From a virus (Duplodnaviria; Caudoviricetes), in the IMG/VR virus record IMGVR_UViG_3300023273_000812, positions 37,750-101,749 of that record: DNA of 64,000 bases. One strand, 5' to 3'. Position 1 is the stretch's first letter. Every line of letters begins with the position of its first letter. The notes beneath the pieces are model-generated. The model was not told the origin of the DNA, ran no database searches, and saw nothing but the letters and a program-made list of their open reading frames with translations. A program made the translations under genes and the position numbers. Positions 59,219 to 64,000 of this stretch are shown piece by piece.

Positions 59219-60052
59219 ATGGATAAGACAAGTTCACATAAAGTAGCCTCTTTATATATTCTAGCACAACATGCGGATAGTATCTCTAAGTTAGAATATG
59301 AGTATAGACAGGCAGGTCTTAAAGACATATGGGAAACTTGGGTAACACGACCCATAGACAGTTTACTGAAAAGAGCACCTCAGTTCTTAGATAGTGCTGT
59401 AGATGAAGTTGTGGACGATATTTTTAGAGACATTGCTCCTTCTATTGTAGAAGAAGTTCAGAAGCAACTTATACAGAAAACATTTGAAGAGTATGAACAA
59501 GGTGCTTTAGCTGGGGCCTTAGATAGTGTTCGAGGTAGTAGACCTGAGTATAAAGGTATGTCTGGGTCTACTTGTAAAAGTGATTGTGACTGGTATGTGG
59601 AAGGTTACTTACAAGGATACTTGTCTCCAAGCATAAGTTCATCTAAAGGTTTGAAAGACAAGAAACTACAAAGGGAAGTCTTAAAGAGAATATATCAAGA
59701 AATGGAAGACGATGTTACAGAGAATGTGGTCTTCACTAAGTTAAAGGCTATATGGTCTACTATTAATCCTGTCAATGTTGTAAAGGCTATTATTGCCATG
59801 GTAAAACAGTATGGTTGGAAAGTAGGTGTTGGTTTAGCCTTAATTCAAATTATAGAAACTTTTGTTATCCCTGCTATTGCAACATTCTTTGGCGCTGGTC
59901 CAGTACTGGCAGCCATTCTATCACAATTACCGATTACAGAGGTGGCCATTCCTATTGTAGCAGCTCGACTTGGTATTGAGGTAGGCGAGGCGGATGTTAT
60001 TACGGATGACATCGATGAATGGTTGGTAAACAATCCTGATGTAAGATTATAA
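59219..60052 (+). CDS. hypothetical protein with basic leader and C-terminal TM helices
   Basis: HKVASLYIL...YRQAG leader; GWKVGVGLALIQII...AILSQLP hydrophobic stretch. Confidence 0.65.
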   Translation: MDKTSSHKVASLYILAQHADSISKLEYEYRQAGLKDIWETWVTRPIDSLLKRAPQFLDSAVDEVVDDIFRDIAPSIVEEVQKQLIQKTFEEYEQGALAGALDSVRGSRPEYKGMSGSTCKSDCDWYVEGYLQGYLSPSISSSKGLKDKKLQREVLKRIYQEMEDDVTENVVFTKLKAIWSTINPVNVVKAIIAMVKQYGWKVGVGLALIQIIETFVIPAIATFFGAGPVLAAILSQLPITEVAIPIVAARLGIEVGEADVITDDIDEWLVNNPDVRL

Positions 60053-60067
60053 ACTAAGGAGTAAACA

Positions 60068-60568
60068 ATGTCTAAAAAACTAACAGTACAGAACTTACTT
60101 AAAGAAGTAAGAGAACTTAAGAAACTAGCCAGTAGAGATTGGTTGGTAGACCAAGTAATAGAATACGAAGACCCTAGTGAGGTTAGAGGTAAGATTGAGC
60201 AGGCTTTGTCGGGTATGGTTTCACCTTATCGTATTACAGACATTCAAGTTAATGGTGACATGGCGAATGTTACTTATACAAGAACACAACCTGTTCGGTT
60301 AAGCCAAATTGAACCTTGGTGGAAAGATGAGGATTTAGTAATCACGTTGTTTCGTGGTGTTGCAGACCCACTACAACACCAGCACCAACAGTTCTTGATA
60401 GATTATGATAATGTTGGCGCAACACCACTTTATGTTTCAATCATAAGGGAAGGAACGTACGAGGTTGTTAAGTCTTATAGGTTCGACTTAACGCATAATC
60501 AAGATAACGATTTGCGAAACATATATCGAACATTAGAAAAGGACCTTAAGAAACTGAGTCGTAAGTAG
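60068..60568 (+). CDS. leader-cargo protein (hypothetical cargo)
   Basis: Leader MSKKLTVQNLLKEVRELKKLAS. Confidence 0.7.
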   Translation: MSKKLTVQNLLKEVRELKKLASRDWLVDQVIEYEDPSEVRGKIEQALSGMVSPYRITDIQVNGDMANVTYTRTQPVRLSQIEPWWKDEDLVITLFRGVADPLQHQHQQFLIDYDNVGATPLYVSIIREGTYEVVKSYRFDLTHNQDNDLRNIYRTLEKDLKKLSRK

Positions 60569-60631
60569 GTCTAAACAATAAACAGTTAATACAAACCCTT
60601 ATGTGTATACCAATCATGTAAGGGTTTTGTT

Positions 60632-61531
60632 ATGAGTGTAGTATTTCAACAAGGGCAAGTGTTGGGTCGCAATGACCTAGACATATTCTTAACTAATTCT
60701 AGTGGTAATCCTACAAACGTTTACTACATTAGTTACAGTATCTATTATGTAGACCCTAGCACAGACCAAGAAGTTCGTATTGGTCCAGATAATAGAATAC
60801 CAATGAACCCAGAAGTGGGTGAGTACTATGCTAGTTTAATGGTACCCGCTAACGCTACTCCAGGTGATTATCGTATTCGTTGGCACATTAAAGAGTTGTC
60901 TACTTCTTTATTAGAAGGTGCTGTACAAGAGTTTGGTATTGTAACACAACAACAAGATATAAGTGTAAGCCCTTATTCGGATTGTGTACAAGACCTTATT
61001 CATAAGATGAGAGTTCTTACAAGAGACAACAATCCAGATCGTAACTATAGATTTAATCCACCAGAGGGTGAAGGTACGATTGGTTGTTATAACCAAGTGT
61101 TTGGTTATATATGGACAGACGAAGAGTTCTATGAGTACTTAGAGATTGCTTTGTGGAAGTGGAATATACATCCACCAAGTACAGAACATCTTACTAGCAT
61201 CGATAGACTATGTTCACAGAATCCAAGTTGGAAAGCCGCCTTGTTATGGGGCGCTTTGGTAAACGCAGCTCAAGCCTTAGTTTATAACTGGATCGCTAAC
61301 GAGTTTGATTACAGTATTGGTGGTATTTCCCTTAACATTGAAAAGTCTTCTAAGTATGAAGGTATGAAATCTAACGCAGAAGATCAATGGGATAAGTTAA
61401 CGGAAGCTAAGTCTAGAACAGTTAAGTATATGCGTGGGTTAAAGCAATCTAAGTATGGTGTGGGTATTCGTAGTTCCTTTGGTCCGTATGTGGGACGAGG
61501 TGTTTTATCTCCAAGGGCTTATGTGTCTTAA
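60632..61531 (+). CDS. head-tail adaptor/neck protein (putative)
   Basis: W.DEE...YL..AL, helical bundle, then F.YSIGG.S..I.KS..Y beta-hairpin as in head-completion adaptors. Confidence 0.6.
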   Translation: MSVVFQQGQVLGRNDLDIFLTNSSGNPTNVYYISYSIYYVDPSTDQEVRIGPDNRIPMNPEVGEYYASLMVPANATPGDYRIRWHIKELSTSLLEGAVQEFGIVTQQQDISVSPYSDCVQDLIHKMRVLTRDNNPDRNYRFNPPEGEGTIGCYNQVFGYIWTDEEFYEYLEIALWKWNIHPPSTEHLTSIDRLCSQNPSWKAALLWGALVNAAQALVYNWIANEFDYSIGGISLNIEKSSKYEGMKSNAEDQWDKLTEAKSRTVKYMRGLKQSKYGVGIRSSFGPYVGRGVLSPRAYVS

Positions 61532-61581
61532 TAATTGGTTTATCTAAACTAACTATTGTAACTAAAAAAGGATGTACAGTT

Positions 61582-62135
61582 ATGAATGAAAACAAAAACT
61601 AGAAAACTTATTATCCAGTAAAGACCCATCTTTGGTTCAACAAGGTCTTGTTTTAAATGAAACATTAGAGTTAGTTTCCGAACAAGAAGTTTTGGAATTA
61701 GCCTTTGCACATATAACTGATGTATACAATTACTCTTGGATACATGAGAAATTAGAGTTTATCTGTGAAAGTCTTTCCAACATAGACTACTATAATAATT
61801 ATGGGCCGCAAAGTGGGTATTTTATTTTTAAGGGTCCTAGACGACATTGGGAGGATGGACAACATTACGGTGGTGGAAGTTATAGTATAAAGTTAACACA
61901 ACAAGGTCCATCACGCTTCACACTTTCTTTTTCGGACAGTACCGACCCAGAAGACTCTAACCTAACAAGGAAAGGGTGGAAAGATATGTTCGGGGATGTT
62001 TCAGGTAACGTAAGTTTTAGGGCTACTGATTACTTTAAGTTTCTGAATAGAGTAGAGAAAATTATTAAACGTAAACAAGAGGACTTAGAAGAGGCTTGGA
62101 ATGACCAAGTACCTAGTGAGTATTACGAGTACTAA
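61582..62135 (+). pseudogene. frameshifted leader-cargo gene
   Basis: ATG 61582 reads MNENKN*; a -1 shift in the GAAAAC run gives MNEKQKLENLLSSKDPSLVQQGLVLNETL, continuing into ORF 61632..62135. Confidence 0.55.
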
Positions 62136-62394
62136 GTTTTAGTAGTGGAAACGTTTAGGTTTGATGGGTTGGACTATCCTATGGATAGCATCTTTGCACA
62201 AGTAATGTGTAACTTAAGTTCCCACCTAGTTTCAGTTCCTATTCGAAAGAGTTATGGGACAACACAAGGGATAAGGCAGTACAAGACAATCTAACAGTGG
62301 AACAGTTGGAACTTAAGTTAAGTGCTAAGTTCCAATAATGTTTTAATAACCTAAGTTAACTGTAAACAATACCTAAATAAAGGAAAGTTTAATC

Positions 62395-63039
62395 GTGTCT
62401 ACTTATAAATCTTTACTTACAGAAGTAAGAACCCTTAAAAAGTTAGCCAGTGCAGACTTTAAGGAAAAACTGTTAAGTTTACTTAATAGTGGTGAAGAGG
62501 GTCAAATTAATCAAGCCATATTACTAAATGAAAGTTATGGGCTTATAGACCAAGAAATAGGTGACTTACTTATTCCTACGGTTATTATGTCTGGAAGGTA
62601 CAACACGCAAGAACATTGGAAACAAGATGGATTAGGTTGGGAACTTTTAGAAAAGTATCCAAAACACCCTCTGTGGAAAAACTTGCTTAAGTTGGACTTC
62701 CAGTATTTCAACCTAACCAGTCTACCTAGTTCAATAGGAAACTTAACTAACGTGTATGAGTTGTTGTTAAGGGAGAACAACCTAACCAGTTTACCAAAGG
62801 AAATAGGAAACCTAAGGAACTTGTATAATTTGAGTGTAAGTTTAAACAACCTAAAAAGTATACCTAAGGAAATAGGTAAGTTAAAGAACTTGTTATACTT
62901 GGACTTATATAGTAACAATCTATCTAGTTTACCAAAAGAGATAGGGAACTTAAAGAACTTGGAACAGTTGTACTTAACTGAGAACAACCTAACAATAGAA
63001 GATGTTCCTCCTAATCTTAGAAAGGTTACCTTATTCTAA
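62395..63039 (+). CDS. leucine-rich repeat protein with leader
   Basis: 23-aa repeats N.L.SLP.EIGNL.NL..L.L..N; leader LLTEVRTLKKLASA. Confidence 0.9.
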   Translation: MSTYKSLLTEVRTLKKLASADFKEKLLSLLNSGEEGQINQAILLNESYGLIDQEIGDLLIPTVIMSGRYNTQEHWKQDGLGWELLEKYPKHPLWKNLLKLDFQYFNLTSLPSSIGNLTNVYELLLRENNLTSLPKEIGNLRNLYNLSVSLNNLKSIPKEIGKLKNLLYLDLYSNNLSSLPKEIGNLKNLEQLYLTENNLTIEDVPPNLRKVTLF

Positions 63040-63052
63040 TCTAAAAAACAAC

Positions 63053-63092
63053 AGAACCCCTACAAGGTGTGAAAGTCTTGTAGGGGTTCTTT
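63053..63092. terminator. stem-loop between convergent genes
   Basis: AGAACCCCTACAAG-loop-CTTGTAGGGGTTCT. Confidence 0.8.
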
Positions 63093-63109
63093 GATACCTA
63101 GGTTACTTA

Positions 63110-63688
63110 TTAGGCTACTACAGGTTGATTACCATGCCAAGCCCATTCCAACCCTCGTTGGAGCACCTTTTCCTCTTCGACCATTTCAGCGATAGCCTTA
63201 CAGTGGCTATGTAGTTGGTCATCTTTCAGTTCTGTGATGAACTGTCTAAGATACTGTTTAGCATTTAACAATCTAGAACGAACCAGTTTGAGTTGTAATA
63301 ATAATCCGAACCGTCTTCTAAGTTCGCTGTCATTCCAGTACAGTTCACTGTTCTCGATAATACCATTGTGTTCTGGCCAGATGTGCTCTTCAAACCATTC
63401 AATGTCCTCGAACTCAAACACGATCTCTGCTGTTTCAGAACAATCCTCGTCTTCGTACCAGTTCTCGATGTACATTGTATATCCTGCAACGTTGGGTTGC
63501 CAGTCATCTTTAGCGGAAAACAACGGTTGGTCATAAGAACCAGTTCCAGTATGTACGTACACTGGTAAGGTATTACAAGAGATTTCAACCAACCCTTGCT
63601 CTACAGCATTGTCAATATATTCCAGACAACGGTCCAAGTCGTAGTTGAACTCTTTCATCATTTCATTAAAGGTCATTTTATTAGTCAT
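63110..63688 (-). CDS. hypothetical protein
   Basis: GGAG RBS before ATG 63688 (MTNKMTF...); the longer 63817 start crosses a hairpin. Confidence 0.6.
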   Translation of the reverse strand: MTNKMTFNEMMKEFNYDLDRCLEYIDNAVEQGLVEISCNTLPVYVHTGTGSYDQPLFSAKDDWQPNVAGYTMYIENWYEDEDCSETAEIVFEFEDIEWFEEHIWPEHNGIIENSELYWNDSELRRRFGLLLQLKLVRSRLLNAKQYLRQFITELKDDQLHSHCKAIAEMVEEEKVLQRGLEWAWHGNQPVVA

Positions 63689-63770
63689 TGTTGTTTCTCC
63701 AAGTGGGTAAGTATGTAAAGGATTTTTTAATGTGGTTTCCTTCCACATATATGTATAGGAAACGAAATTC

Positions 63771-63799
63771 AAAAGGAGAGTATTACACTCTCCTTTTTT
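63771..63799. terminator. stem-loop / terminator
   Basis: AAAAGGAGAGT-ATTAC-ACTCTCCTTTT; arms nearly identical to 5864..5890. Confidence 0.7.
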
Positions 63800-63807
63800 C
63801 TTTATTT

Positions 63808-63990
63808 TTATTGGCAAACAATGTCACCCCATACAGTCTCCGTATTTGTGTCTACAATAGAGGCTGATCTTGAAGTACGACTGAACACTCGAAGCTCTCC
63901 GTTAAGGCCTTGTGGAGCGTTTTGTACACATCCACTACCTGTATTACGCAAGTCGTGACAATGTACACCTGTGTTATCCTCGTAACACAT
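63808..63990 (-). CDS. small Cys-containing hypothetical protein (may extend past the window)
   Basis: GAGGAG before ATG 63990; frame open to the window edge. Confidence 0.45.
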   Translation of the reverse strand: MCYEDNTGVHCHDLRNTGSGCVQNAPQGLNGELRVFSRTSRSASIVDTNTETVWGDIVCQ

Positions 63991-64000
63991 AATCTCCTCG

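Noticed and set aside
62535-62987. 150-aa minus-strand repetitive ORF
   Set aside because: Antisense shadow of the LRR repeats
1-64000. Stop-codon reassignment as in some large phages
   Set aside because: Coding density is high in the standard code, and TAA, TAG and TGA all end genes at sensible boundaries with core genes intact
1-64000. tRNA/rRNA genes, tail sheath or tape measure
   Set aside because: No cloverleaf or rRNA-like sequence was seen in the short intergenic gaps, and no ORF could be confidently called sheath or tape measure by eye

Overview
This AT-rich, densely coded window looks like part of a large tailed dsDNA bacteriophage, probably jumbo-sized. All functional calls come from motif recognition by eye, with no database search. 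Positions 1-9.5 kb hold a replication/transcription block: PIN-PhoH (partial), a PD-(D/E)XK nuclease, a beta-clamp-like protein, an SbcC-like C-terminal half, a Toprim primase, a DnaX-like clamp loader, a NusG-like factor and a sigma-region-4 HTH protein. Positions 18-36 kb hold a head module: terminase, portal, prohead protease, scaffold, decoration protein and HK97-type major capsid protein, with a type IB topoisomerase embedded in it. The rest is tail/fibre/neck-like structural genes, dUTPase, a metallophosphoesterase and many accessory genes. The most interesting signal is a candidate virion cargo-loading system. Many unrelated accessory ORFs carry short basic amphipathic leaders that resemble, and in one case share 25 identical bp with, the scaffold protein. 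These leaders end in a recurrent K/R-x-A motif, are often preceded by a shared promoter-like motif (AATA-N5-TTTATA), and are joined to swappable cargo domains (LRR, C39 peptidase, TopIB, SWIM, membrane-helix proteins). Direct repeats and relic internal RBS/ATG sites suggest the cassettes were shuffled. No tRNA, rRNA, CRISPR array or stop-codon recoding was seen.
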